A stretch of 63,226 nt of DNA, filler included, from Nemertoderma westbladi (lineage: Eukaryota > Animalia > Xenacoelomorpha): NCBI GenBank assembly GCA_032718475.1. It is 4 parts of 4 records of this genome, joined end to end, with 100 filler letters (N's around TTAATTAATTAA, not from the genome) between each part and the next. Parts side by side here need not be neighbours in the genome. Positions count along the whole stretch, not along the records: positions 1 to 19,621 come from JAUCBJ010002043.1; positions 19,722 to 46,140 come from JAUCBJ010004957.1; 2 more parts are not named here. The stretch is one strand, 5' to 3'. A program made the translations under genes and the position numbers. The number at the start of each line of letters is the position of its first letter. Positions within the stretch are counted from its first letter, which is position 1. Below, in pieces: positions 14,444-25,195 of the stretch. The notes under the pieces were generated by a model, which saw only the letters and a program-made list of their open reading frames with translations, was not told where the DNA came from and made no database searches.

Positions 14444-17400
14444 GCACGTTCGTGGGGCCTTCGCGCAGCACGAGGCCCAGTTATGAGATACAAATTAAAA
14501 TTGAGCGACTGTATCACAAAATCAGTATTTGAGAAATTTAACCACACCGCCAATCAATCAAAGAAAGGGGGACAGTACGTGTTCAGCCCTTTTAATCTGC
14601 CCCCCCCCCCTTCCCACCAACCAATACATAACCGCGACATCTACCACCCACGGGCTGACGGGGCGGAAGGGTAGCACAAACTTATTTCCAATAGCACATT
14701 CAATATGCGAAGCCATGTGGTTTATAGGAATATAATAAACGCAGTACTCGCCTTCATTATAAGCCTCGTTGAGTTCGTCCTGTTTTGTATTTAAATATAT
14801 TTCTTAAACACAGGCTGACGATATTTATAATAATAATAACAAGGGATGCGTTCAATATGTGAAGCCATGTGGTTTATATAATAATAATAGTCAACGCAAT
14901 ACTCGTCTTCATTATAAGTCTCGTTGTGCTCGTCCTGTTTTGTATTTAAATATCTTTCCTAAACGAAGACTGACGATCTTTCTAATGCGTTCAATAGGCG
15001 AAGCCAGGTATGGTTTTGGTTTATAGGACTATAGTCTACGCAGCACTCATTCCTCATGAGCCCGAGTTATAGTGTGGCAATGTAGATGCAGTAGTTGCAC
15101 CCGACCAGCCGGAAACTCGGAGCAATAGGCCTACTGCTTGTACAATGCGTGTCAATTTCAACACCGCCGGGCACTGGGTGATGGCAGAGTGAGATTAAAA
15201 AACCGGATTATTTCATCCTTGGTTTCGGTTAGTCCAGTTTGCCCGTAGCGGCAGCGATACCGAAAGTCGAGGTCAACACACAGAGGCGACCTTGGTGGTG
15301 AGTTGTTTGATTTCAATTCCAACACTTTGTAAAAGCTTTTGCGGAATTAGCTGGTTATTTTCCCCGCAAAGTACTCTGTAGTTGGTTTAACGAACATAAA
15401 AAGCCGTTTCCTTACTGTACCGGTGTTTTAGTGGACATAAAAAGCCATTTCTTCTGTATGTGTACTTTAGCGGACATAACTAGCAATTTTATGCCGCAAT
15501 ACGCTAAAATCCTCTTGACACAGTGTAGTTACTATGACGACAGCTAACAGCTGATATGTACACGTGTAGCTTTTCCTTTGTTTCTTTGTTCGGCCAACCA
15601 ATCAGAGCGATTCTCCTGTTATTTGTACAGAAACCTCCGGGAAATCGCGCAATGCATTACGGTTTATGTTTACCTTTTTTCCTGATGCCAGAAGACCGGC
15701 TTTGGAATTTCTGTGTTTTCAGGCTTTAGCCAAACATTAGTAGGCTTGATCATAGAAACGTATAACAGTTATCTCACCTAATCATATCAACTCACGCAAG
15801 TCAGTGTGTTCACATACCACACCGCATTTTTACTGCTATTTACTGTCGGTTATTAATTATATCAGTTGATGGAATATTATTATATTCGGATAATAACGAT
15901 AAATAATCATAAAACCCCCAATCTTCTTGATATACTGAAGGTAAGAGACCGGTTACATATAACAATTGCGACTTACATTAAAGTGGTTTTGGAGTGAATC
16001 TAATGCTATTTCATAGGCACTACATGAGTCGGTTGCTGTTCTCTTTATATGTGACTAAAATTAGTGAAGGTCGGCATATCGGTGTGCAGCATTGTGCGGT
16101 AGTGTGCATGATTGTGACTGATAACAAAGCATCTCCTAAAGAATGCGCTTTATACGTGAATCCATAGCCATCCCGTTGTGTCTAGTGTAAGTCATAACTC
16201 TGTTTACATATTTAGAGCGCCACGTCCTAAAGGAACTGTTAATATTTCCCGAAAGTGAATAATATTTGTCAGAAATTATATATTAACAATCAATCGAATA
16301 ATACAGTAGGCCTACACCGCAATAAGGTCAAAGCTTCCGAATCCAGTCTCCCGGGTATATCCAGCGGGTGAATGGTCGCGCATAGACTGGCTTCGGCTAA
16401 TGTAGTGTATCAAATACTCGTCATAGGCTAAAGTCTATTTATAATCTAGAAGACATCTAAATTTGGCAGCTTAACCCTGCCCCGGTATGGTAAAAAATTA
16501 TCCTTCACCGGTAACATGGGGTATTTTTATACCCCAAATTGATAAGACATTTTAAGTAACATTAAACAGAAAAACACTTGCAATCCCCCTCCCAGAATTT
16601 GCCAAATGGTGAAAAAATAAGTTGTGAATTTTTTTTTTGAATTTGGTTGAAGTCTACCCAACGCTCAATGCCACAAAAGTTATCCCACTACAATCGCGAT
16701 CATCGTTAACGTCGCGATGGGGCGTTTTGCAACAAGATACTATCATAGCGAAGCATTAGCTGTGAGAGTGTTTCTCATTTTAGGTTTTTTAGTGGTGTTA
16801 TGGGTCGTACACCCTGAAGTATACCATTGCAGTTCCAATAAGCATAAAATGAGTCAAATAGCACCACTAAAAGTCAACAAAGTGATATATATATACAGAT
16901 ATATCACCTCGCAATAGCACAAGATCTTGAATTGTAATATGAAATATACACCATGACTGCAAAAGTACTGATGATTTGGTCATAAAATGTGATTATAGTG
17001 CAACTAAATTATACATTGCAGTTTCAATGAACCCAAAATGAGACCCAAAAGGCCAGAACACCTCTAAGAAAGCCTACACAATAAGAATTATTCACATATA
17101 CTTAGCAATCTATCGCATCGCGATTAGGCCGAAGTCTTGGCTTGTGAAATACAGGCCATACACAATACAGTAGCTTCATAATACTGATAATTTGGTCTTA
17201 AAAGACAAAGTTAAAACATGCCTCTAGCTGTCTAGTACAACTAAATCGACCATAACCATAACCAACGAGCACCATAACGTTATGGGGTATTTTTATACCC
17301 CATCTTACCTAACTAAGTTGTTTTCAAATTAAGGGCCCATAACATTTTTCATAAACAAAATTTTATGGGTTTGACCCACACAATCGTTAGATTACAGGTT

Positions 17401-18760
17401 TTTTGGAAGATACTATGAAGTTGGACATACATAATATGAGAGATTGTCGAAAAATATCAAAAGTAATCCCCTTGGGGTATTATTTTACCCCACGTTACCG
17501 GGGGAGTGTTAAACTGCTAAAGGTCTGAAAGCGCGAACACACTTTTCTGGGCAGCTGGGTAGACTCTGGTAGTGGGTACCTGATCTTAGAATGCCGGTCA
17601 GCTGGTTAGTCCGCAAAACTTCCATTGTTGCAGTTGCCGAGTCGATGGATGGTTGGTAGGGGTAGGCCTATTGCTATTGTTGTATTGGCAGATTGGTATG
17701 TACATCTACATCTGATTATACCAGTTGCCGGTGCCGTCGGTCGTACCAATTACCAATACATAGTCTTTAATTAATATATTTAACCGTTAACAAGAGTAGA
17801 AACCGCAAACGAAGAAATTCATTTTCTGCCGTAGTTCAGTACCCTGGTACCTGTTGCCGGTACCGTACCGGTAGTTCTGTAGTTGGCGTTGCTACCAGTC
17901 CGGTTCTACAGTCTGACACTGACAGTAGTAGGGCGGTACGGCGCCAACGGACCCTCTAACCTAATTCAGGACCGCAGTCCAGCACTCCGGATTCCGCACT
18001 GCAGTGCATAGCATGGCAGCATGGCTAATTAGCATTAGGGTCTACAGAATTAGGCCTGTCCTGTAGGCTACCAGTATACAGGTAGACGTGATCGATAATC
18101 ACTGCACCGGTACCGCGCTACCAGTCAGCCAGTACCGTAAAACACCGAATACAGTATGGTATTACAGTATTGCTGTATTGTCTGATTGCAGGATTCCTAA
18201 TTCAGGGATTGACATTGAGTATTGTACCGGTACAGGCAGACAGGCCACAATGGTATTACTGCAGTACTGTAATTTCGTAATTTGCTAGAAACCCAGCTGA
18301 TTTAATCTCCTAGCAACCTGCTGATGTCAAGCGTTATAATTTTGGATAATTAAATATATTATAACTGTAAGACAGTTACACTGGTGCTGCACGAAGGCCC
18401 CAAGCAAATTCTACTTGGAAAATTTCTAAACTTTTGACAGACTATTTGTGTACCAAGTTTGGTTACATTTCATCGAGGATTGATCGAGTTATTAACGTTC
18501 AAAATTGAACACCGCAAAAAAATACCGTAATCAACTTAATTAACTAATTAACTGCTATTATCTTAGCTTCTCGAAGGCCACACGGAAATTCTACCTGGAA
18601 AATTTCTAAACTTTTGCCAAACAACATGTGTACCAAGTTTGGATAGATTTCATCGAAGATTGGCCGAGTTATTAACGTTTAAAATTGAACACGACAGAAC
18701 GACTGGTTGATTAATGGTACCACTACGCTAAGGCTCACTCACTTCGTGGCTCGCCCCACA
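14444..18760 (+). mobile_element. Same HINE-like family, copy 2 (4.3 kb, different interior), inserted in the microsatellite of copy 1
   Basis: Second 5' end at 14444 directly after GACAGAACG; complete 3' end at 18760 followed by resumption of the copy 1 microsatellite and 3' end. Confidence 0.8.
16475..17508. mobile_element. piggyBac-like non-autonomous TIR element
   Basis: Flanked by TTAA at 16471-16474 and 17509-17512; imperfect TIR CCCTGCCCCGGT / ACCGGGGGAGTG and subterminal CCGGTAACRTGGGGTA...TACCCCA inverted repeats; no ORF. Confidence 0.7.
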
Positions 18761-18824
18761 GAACGACAGGTTGATTAATGGTACCACTACGCTAAGGCTC
18801 ACTCACTTCGTGGCTCCCCCCACA

Positions 18825-19621
18825 CTTGGATTGGTCGTCAGTTAGTTGAGGGTGCTAAGTGAACTGATTATGTAGAGCAAAAACTGTCGAAACTTGGTTA
18901 CGTGCCTAACAATGAAAATGTACGGCAGTTTGAAGTCGGTTCTCGTGTATATTGGAATAAGGGTGTGATGTGAGGCTTGGCAGGAAGGATACACCATATG
19001 GATCAATGGATGGATGGGTGGAGAGTTAATGCTGTGCTGGGGCCATAGACTTATGAGATTACACATGATTCACTTAATCGTAGAGCAAAGGTGGTGAATG
19101 TCGACGCCATCAAAGAGGCAGTATGAAGTGGTAATGTAATGCATCACGGTAGTGCTCGTGGTAGTGATCCACCAGCGGGAACTATGGTCGTAGAGCGCAG
19201 GGGCGGATCCAGGATTTTTTTCACAGGGCAGGCGAAACAAAAGGAAATGTCATTGATACACCTTTTTGCACTTCAAGCCACCCCCCCCCCCGCCGCCAAA
19301 TTTGTTTATATAATTTAGATCTTCAGAACATCTTTGATATTATCTTGTATTTATGGTATTAATAAAAATAATTAAACGTATATTTAATATTAGTTAATAC
19401 AAATAATTTAATTATATAATCAAATATCCATATACATATTTTTTTGTTGGCGAAAATTTAGTGCCAGTTGGCGTGCAACTCATGCAAAATATACTCAGTT
19501 CAGCACTCAGCCAGAGTAGATAGGTAATACAGATAATACAGGTAATAGGCCTACAGATAGATATGGGGATAATGATTCACAAGTGGTAACAAAGAGTGGA
19601 CGTGTTATAAAACCACCCAGT
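18825..19621 (+). mobile_element. Gypsy integrase C-terminal remnant (continuation of 10867-12858), itself interrupted from ~19198
   Basis: Translates RQFEVGSRVYW, VNAVLGP*TYEI...VVNVDAIKE and terminal VVTKSGRVIKPPS, typical of the Gypsy integrase tail; a CAGGGGCGGATCCAGGATTTT MITE-like end starts at ~19198. Confidence 0.75.
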
Positions 19622-19721
19622 NNNNNNNNNNNNNNNNNNNNNNNNNNNNNNNNNNNNNNNNNNNNTTAATTAATTAANNNNNNNNNNNNNNNNNNNNNNN
19701 NNNNNNNNNNNNNNNNNNNNN
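19622..19721. other. Artificial contig linker N44-TTAATTAATTAA-N44
   Basis: Six-frame stop spacer within Ns; identical at three places. Confidence 0.97.
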
Positions 19722-20357
19722 TCATGTTTTCTCATAATTATAAAAGAAACATTTTTATAGTCAAATTTTGTTTGTTTTTCTTTTGTTGGGGGCTGCCGCC
19801 CCCAAACCCCCCCCCCCCCCCCCCCCTTCTTTTGTTGGGGCCTTCCGCCCCCAAACCCCAGCATTTCCCTGTGTGCCCGTGGTGAAAGACTTTAAGACCA
19901 TTTTGAAATAATTAATTCATGTTTGTATCATCAGATAATAAATTGACTAAGCCTAAAGTAGGAGCTGTATTGAATGGAATTTACCCTGGAGAGGTATAAT
20001 TTTGATTGCAACAATAATATTCATCCCCATCTGCTACAATTTGAAGAAGACTATTACATTATAATACCTATAATTAAAACAATTAATTATTATAATTCTA
20101 TAATTAATAAAAACACTATATCATTCGGGGGATGGAATTTATAGGTCATCTAATTAATTGTTTAAAGATTAGCAAACAACACGATGTAATTGCATTGATA
20201 AAATCCATAAATAAAACTTGGATACAAAATGTAAAATCGGGATGCAAAAGATCACTTTCTGAGCTACGAAAGGAAAATTGGATACAACTTGTCTGGATAC
20301 AAGCGGTCCGTTTACCTTACAAAATGAAAAATAAGAATGTGCGAAATTAAGAACAGT

Positions 20358-20511
20358 CGGGGGGGGAAGTGTCCGGGGGGGGAGTGTCCGGGGGGGAAGT
20401 GTCTGGGAGGGAAGTGTCCTACTTGAGCGGGGGGGGACTGTCCGGGGGAAGTGTCCGGGGGGGAAGTGTCCTATTTGAACGGGGGGAACTGTCCGGGGGG
20501 GGAGTGTCCGC
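20358..20511 (+). repeat. G-rich ~15-bp tandem repeat (GGGGGGGAAGTGTCC)
   Basis: About 8 degenerate copies; source of the spurious RTLPP ORF. Confidence 0.85.
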
Positions 20512-20514
20512 ACA

Positions 20515-20880
20515 CCATTGGTGAAATTTTATCACCCGGCAGGACTCCCCAAAACATTTCTAATTGTTCTGTGTCACCCTTAACAGAAGACACAAATGTT
20601 GTCGAACCATCGTATACTGATCTGATTGCTGCAATAATTTCAACAGGAATCCCATATAATGAAAATATGCTGAACGTGAACATACATTAGCGCGAGCCTA
20701 GATCAAAGGCCTAAGAAGTCAACAAAATTAACAGCCAGATGCCTGTTTTTATTTTTGATAACTCTTTAATTATCCTACTATCACGTCGCAGTCTCTCAAT
20801 GCGATCCCTGATGCGATTTATTAGAATTCTATTGTATAACTTTGCAGCAATCGAGATCAATGAGATTCCCCGAAAATAAT
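20515..20880 (-). mobile_element. RTE-like LINE reverse transcriptase fragment
   Basis: YFRGISLISIAAKLYNRILINRI, YGIPVEIIAAIRSVY and GVLPGDKISP RT motifs, disrupted. Confidence 0.8.
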
Positions 20881-21697
20881 GAATGTACGTCTGTCGATAT
20901 GCCTGCCTATCAATTCTTATGTTTGTGTGAATGTTAGTCTGTTTTGATGGAGGCGTGTTGGTGTTATGTTTTAACAAGACAATAACATTTCACACCAACA
21001 ATTTATCACAAAATCACATAACAAATTCAGGGTCTGTATGTAGAGTCAGGTACGGGGTCCAGGTGAAGTCGCAGCGGAGTATGAGTTGCAGAGCACTCTA
21101 CTCATGAGTGCTGGGCAGCCAATGATTACCATCTGCCTGATCAGTACCATAAAGCGGAATACAATCCTTATCTCAGAACCGGCATGATTGTGTTGCGTGG
21201 ATGTGGAAGCTTTTCTGGATAAATGATCGTTACCATTGACATTCCTTGCAAACACAACAATCTATTACTTGTTTTATAAAATAAAGCCAATTCGTGCGGT
21301 TATAAGTACGACAAACAGTAATTAAAACTAGCTTAATAATTTGTTGACAACTCCCACATAAAAATAATATTATGCAAATTAGATCTGTGGTTGTAATCTA
21401 AGTTTCGTTAATTTGTTTTTAATTAATTAATATAAATTAAAGTTCTAATAACAATCAACTAAATATTAATTTTTCACGCCTTTGTGTGTGAAGTAAATTA
21501 ATGGGTGAATCAGATTTTTTATTTCGCTTTCAATCTTTAGTTACTACAAGACCGTAAGACCTCGGGCAGTGGAAATGATAGTTCTCGCAATTTCGTTTCT
21601 CCAGTATCCCTTTCGACGTTTCGAGGTGGTCTATATATGATATAGCTGGCCGCCCACGACTACGCTTATTTAGGATTCTACTGTATTTGAAACTCAC

Positions 21698-21766
21698 CTG
21701 CTAGACCTGCTGCCTTCAGCCTTCCAGGGGGCTGAGAATAACGACAATATAGTTCAGGGGGAGATT
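21698..21766 (-). pseudogene. Isolated phase 1-1 candidate exon
   Basis: TTTACAG acceptor, CAG/GTGAGT donor, 69 nt open (SPPELYCRYSQPPGRLKAAGLA). Confidence 0.35.
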
Positions 21767-22284
21767 CTGTAAACAAGCCACAACTGAGAATAAATTTAAG
21801 AACTAATAAGCAATGCAGTCGTGACCCCATTCCTTCGTAGTTGTTGAATTTATTACTTAGAATTCGAATCTCATATTCAAATGTTGTAATTTAGAGATTT
21901 AGAGACCCGAAATGGGGAGTAGAAGATCTCCTTCGGAATAAACACTAACCAGGGTGTGTTGTCTGTGTAGCATCTTTAAAATTTGCTGAATGGATACAAG
22001 TTTCCGACGGGGAGTATACTTAGAATTCATTAGACTTTTTAGACTTAGACAGTTTAGGCTTTCGACTTTTTGCATAATATATGGCCTAATTGCCGAAGAA
22101 AACTTTACTTTACTTTACTTTTTAACTCTAAAGGAGAAAGAACTCTGAGTGGGAAGTGTGATAAAATACGTGACTAAATTAAAACCAGCTAAATAAATTA
22201 CTGTACATTTTAGGTTTTAAAAAAATGTGGGAGGCTAAGAATACCTTCGCGATCTAAGATCTAAGTATATTCACGGGCTATGGT

Positions 22285-23598
22285 TTACTCAACATAATCT
22301 CTACTAAATATGTAGTTGTATTTGGAGAATATTTGCAATAAAATCTTGATCTGCATCTCTGTCTCCTTCATGTATTCTTCCAAGACATTCCCCCATTTTT
22401 GATCTATTGTGGATTGTTCCAATTTCGGTGGGCCTTTAAATTTTTTAAATACATTCGGAGCGAAGATGGTAGCCAACCCCCTAAAGCCCATCTTATTTTT
22501 GTATTTAGGAAGTGCGACTCGTAGGAGATGTCCGATAAGATACTTCAACGTCTCGTAATGCGGTTCGGGTAATTCGTGAATCAATTTTTTCAAGGAACGC
22601 AACTGAACCGACCTCGGCGCAAGCAATGAACAATCCATGAACGCTTCGTAACTGCTGTCAGTCATCAAAGAATCTGGAAGTTCTCTGATAAATTCTTTCA
22701 ATAGTGAAGCCACTATGTGGATATCGTCATCATTATTATACTTTTTTTGTGTTGATCCCATAAGATTAAATTGTTTCATTGTCTCAACCACATCACCGCC
22801 TTCCTTTAAGTTTCTCTTTATTTCTGCAAGATATTCTGCATTACCAGAAACTCTGTATAAACCTTCAACATCCATTCCATTGTTCTCTATTATCGAAACG
22901 AAAGTATCAACATATTTCGGAACATTTGGGTTTAATATTGCACCCTGACAATCTTCCAAGTATGGAGGATAGCGGTAATTGATTTTGGTTTGTATTGAAT
23001 TTGTCCGGCGCCCACTAGATCGCAGGGAATTTCGAAATCTCTGAAAACGATTTAATAGTGGAAAAAAACTGTAGCCATTATCCTGTTGATCAGGAATGGC
23101 ATCGCCATGATAATTTTTTTCATTTAAAAAGGAATTTATCCAAGACATCTTGGTGGATTCGCTATCAGCCTGGAAGATAAATTTAGACGATTTATCCTCA
23201 CCTTGTTCCCACAACAAATTTGTTTTAATATGAAACTTGGTGGAGTTCGGGATATCAATAATTGTGCAATTGGTAATGTCAACTGTGTTTATAGCGGTAC
23301 CCGGTGGGTACGTATGTTTTGCGGCACTGTCATACCAACCGTGCTTACTTTTTATGATCAAAATGTTCCGTCGTTTTTGCAAGGTGACGCTTACTTCAAA
23401 CCAATCAATTAATCCATTCGGAATGGCATATAAGCCATTATGTTTGATTACCTTAGCCACAAAATCCTGTGTTATGATTGTTGACGTATCGGAACTTATA
23501 AGGCTTACATAAGAATTCCTGGGGTTCAATGTAGGCCATGCGATTCCTCCATCTTCTTTTATTTCTTTTAGGCTGGGAGAAATTATGGATGGGTGCAT
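22285..23598 (-). CDS. Intronless PH-like + RhoGAP protein (ARHGAP21/23-like), paralog A
   Basis: 437-aa ORF; PH end FIFQADSESTKMSWI; GAP motifs EGLYRVSG (Arg finger), ASLLKEFIRELP, LIHELPEPHYETLKYL, NKM...LATIFAPN. Confidence 0.88.
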   Translation of the reverse strand: MHPSIISPSLKEIKEDGGIAWPTLNPRNSYVSLISSDTSTIITQDFVAKVIKHNGLYAIPNGLIDWFEVSVTLQKRRNILIIKSKHGWYDSAAKHTYPPGTAINTVDITNCTIIDIPNSTKFHIKTNLLWEQGEDKSSKFIFQADSESTKMSWINSFLNEKNYHGDAIPDQQDNGYSFFPLLNRFQRFRNSLRSSGRRTNSIQTKINYRYPPYLEDCQGAILNPNVPKYVDTFVSIIENNGMDVEGLYRVSGNAEYLAEIKRNLKEGGDVVETMKQFNLMGSTQKKYNNDDDIHIVASLLKEFIRELPDSLMTDSSYEAFMDCSLLAPRSVQLRSLKKLIHELPEPHYETLKYLIGHLLRVALPKYKNKMGFRGLATIFAPNVFKKFKGPPKLEQSTIDQKWGNVLEEYMKETEMQIKILLQIFSKYNYIFSRDYVE

Positions 23599-23659
23599 TA
23601 ATTAATATAATTGGTAACTACTACTACAAGATCGAGCGAGCTCGGACAGTGGAAATGTG

Positions 23660-24275
23660 GACTTACCAAGGCTTCCCTATTTTCCATGGTTGTCGCAACT
23701 TTGATTCTCCCCATCCAGTAACACATTCAAGTTGGTCTATATGTCATAGCCGGACGTCCACTTGAACGCCTACCATGAATTGGTTAACAAAAAAGAAGAT
23801 CTTGTATGACCTCATGTTTACTTCTCCAGCAGTGCCCACTGAATTTTAATCTGCGTTCACGGAGAGTGGTTGATAGAGCTTGATACAGGTGATTGTGATA
23901 TTGTACCATAATAAAGCTTGACGTTTGTTAAGTGTTGTCTCCAGCTGATGTTCAGCGCTGCCCTTAGAAGTCTCTTGTAACAACCATCAAATAGTTGTTT
24001 AGGTGATTTTATCAGTGTCCTGTCTCACTCTACCTTATTAATGTAAACTCTCCAATGCAGCTCGAAAGAAATTATTGGTCTTCAAGTGATGGGAGAAGTT
24101 AAACATTATACTTGAACAATGACCCAAGCGTAACATTATTGTTTAAGTGCCGGCCAGAGATTTGGTATCCTCAGCATGGAGTCCCATGTTAGAAGTACTG
24201 GTTCTAATGCTGCCCTAAATAATCGAATCTTTCAAATCTTGGATAGACTATTCAATGTTGCCCATACAAGGTACA
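23660..24275 (-). mobile_element. Decayed RTE-like LINE 3' fragment
   Basis: Minus strand gives KIRLFRAALEPVLL-like and PIHGRRSSGRPAMTY...MENREA C-terminal motifs also seen in the copies at 49.6-50.8 kb and 55 kb. Confidence 0.6.
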
Positions 24276-25195
24276 GTAGTGGGCGATATACAAATTATAC
24301 CAAGCTGTGAAGTCAGTATAGCCCTCGCACTGATCTGGCATCAGGTAATGAGGCGTGACCCTCATACCTGTTGCATTACAATATGTCTCTACATGAGACA
24401 GGTGGGGGGGGGGGGGGCTTTATGTTAAACGTCTCAATGTTAAATTACCAATTTATGGGAAAGAGCAGGTTACAGAGGCACGTTATATTAACCAAAACAA
24501 TAAGTCAATGGAACATGACAGGTTAATTTTCGAGAATAACCAGCTGTAATTTGCGTCGATATTCACCTGGATAGGGATGCATTTTCATTGCGTCGAAAGT
24601 TTCCCGAAAGTCCGAAAGTCGAAAGAATATTATCGATTTTTTTCGAAAATTTTGGCAATTTTCAATATTTTAATAGATTAAATAACAAAAATTCAAATAA
24701 TTACCCCAGAGCAAGGTGAAGTTCAAAATGCACATAAAATCGAATGATGTGTAAAAAAGAACAACAGTATTTATGGCTGATATCCATGACTTTCTGTATA
24801 AAACTTATTTTTTCTCAGTTTGTCGATTTTGACATTTTTCATTCCCTACCACTTTTTTAATTTCATTTTAATTAAACATATTATATGTTATATTATATAT
24901 TTCATCAAACATATAACAACATGTTTAGCAGCTTTAAGTTCCCCTCACACACAGAAACTTGTTGCTGCAACTTCTTTCCGAAACTTCTTTCTGTGTGTGA
25001 GGAGTCCACCAACTTGTTCTGTACGAACATTTTTAAAAAGTTATATTCACAGCAACTTTTTGAAAAACTTTTATTACATCCCATTTTTATACTAGCTAAT
25101 ATTCGATAGTTTGAGTGAGTTTATATTATATATAAATGACAGGACATGTTAGCTATTTATTTTGAAATAATTGTTATTTTCTAGAGCGAGGAGTA

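Larger units (their letters stand above)
12856..18824 (+). mobile_element. Non-autonomous Helentron/DINE-1-like (HINE) element, copy 1, interrupted by copy 2
   Basis: 5' hairpin GGGCC-TTCGCGCAGCACGA-GGCCC, ~155-bp internal tandem repeats, (ACAGAACG)n microsatellite, 3' CACTCACTTCGTGGCTC(G/C)CCCC end; colinear with the intact copy at 28032-29616. Confidence 0.8.

Noticed and set aside
12735-14735. Repeated short ORFs (MRYKLKLSDC..., MRNLxTPP...) also at 28920-29643
   Set aside because: Chance frames within copies of the non-coding HINE-like element
12856-15030. Direct repeats at 12856 and 14444 as LTRs of the Gypsy element
   Set aside because: They interrupt the integrase, lack TG...CA ends, PBS and PPT, and occur independently at 28032-29616
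19622-19721. TTAATTAATTAA inside gaps as a biological motif
   Set aside because: Identical padded linker at three sites; assembly concatenation artefact
20169-20513. Proline-rich RTLPP protein
   Set aside because: Translation of the G-rich 15-bp repeat
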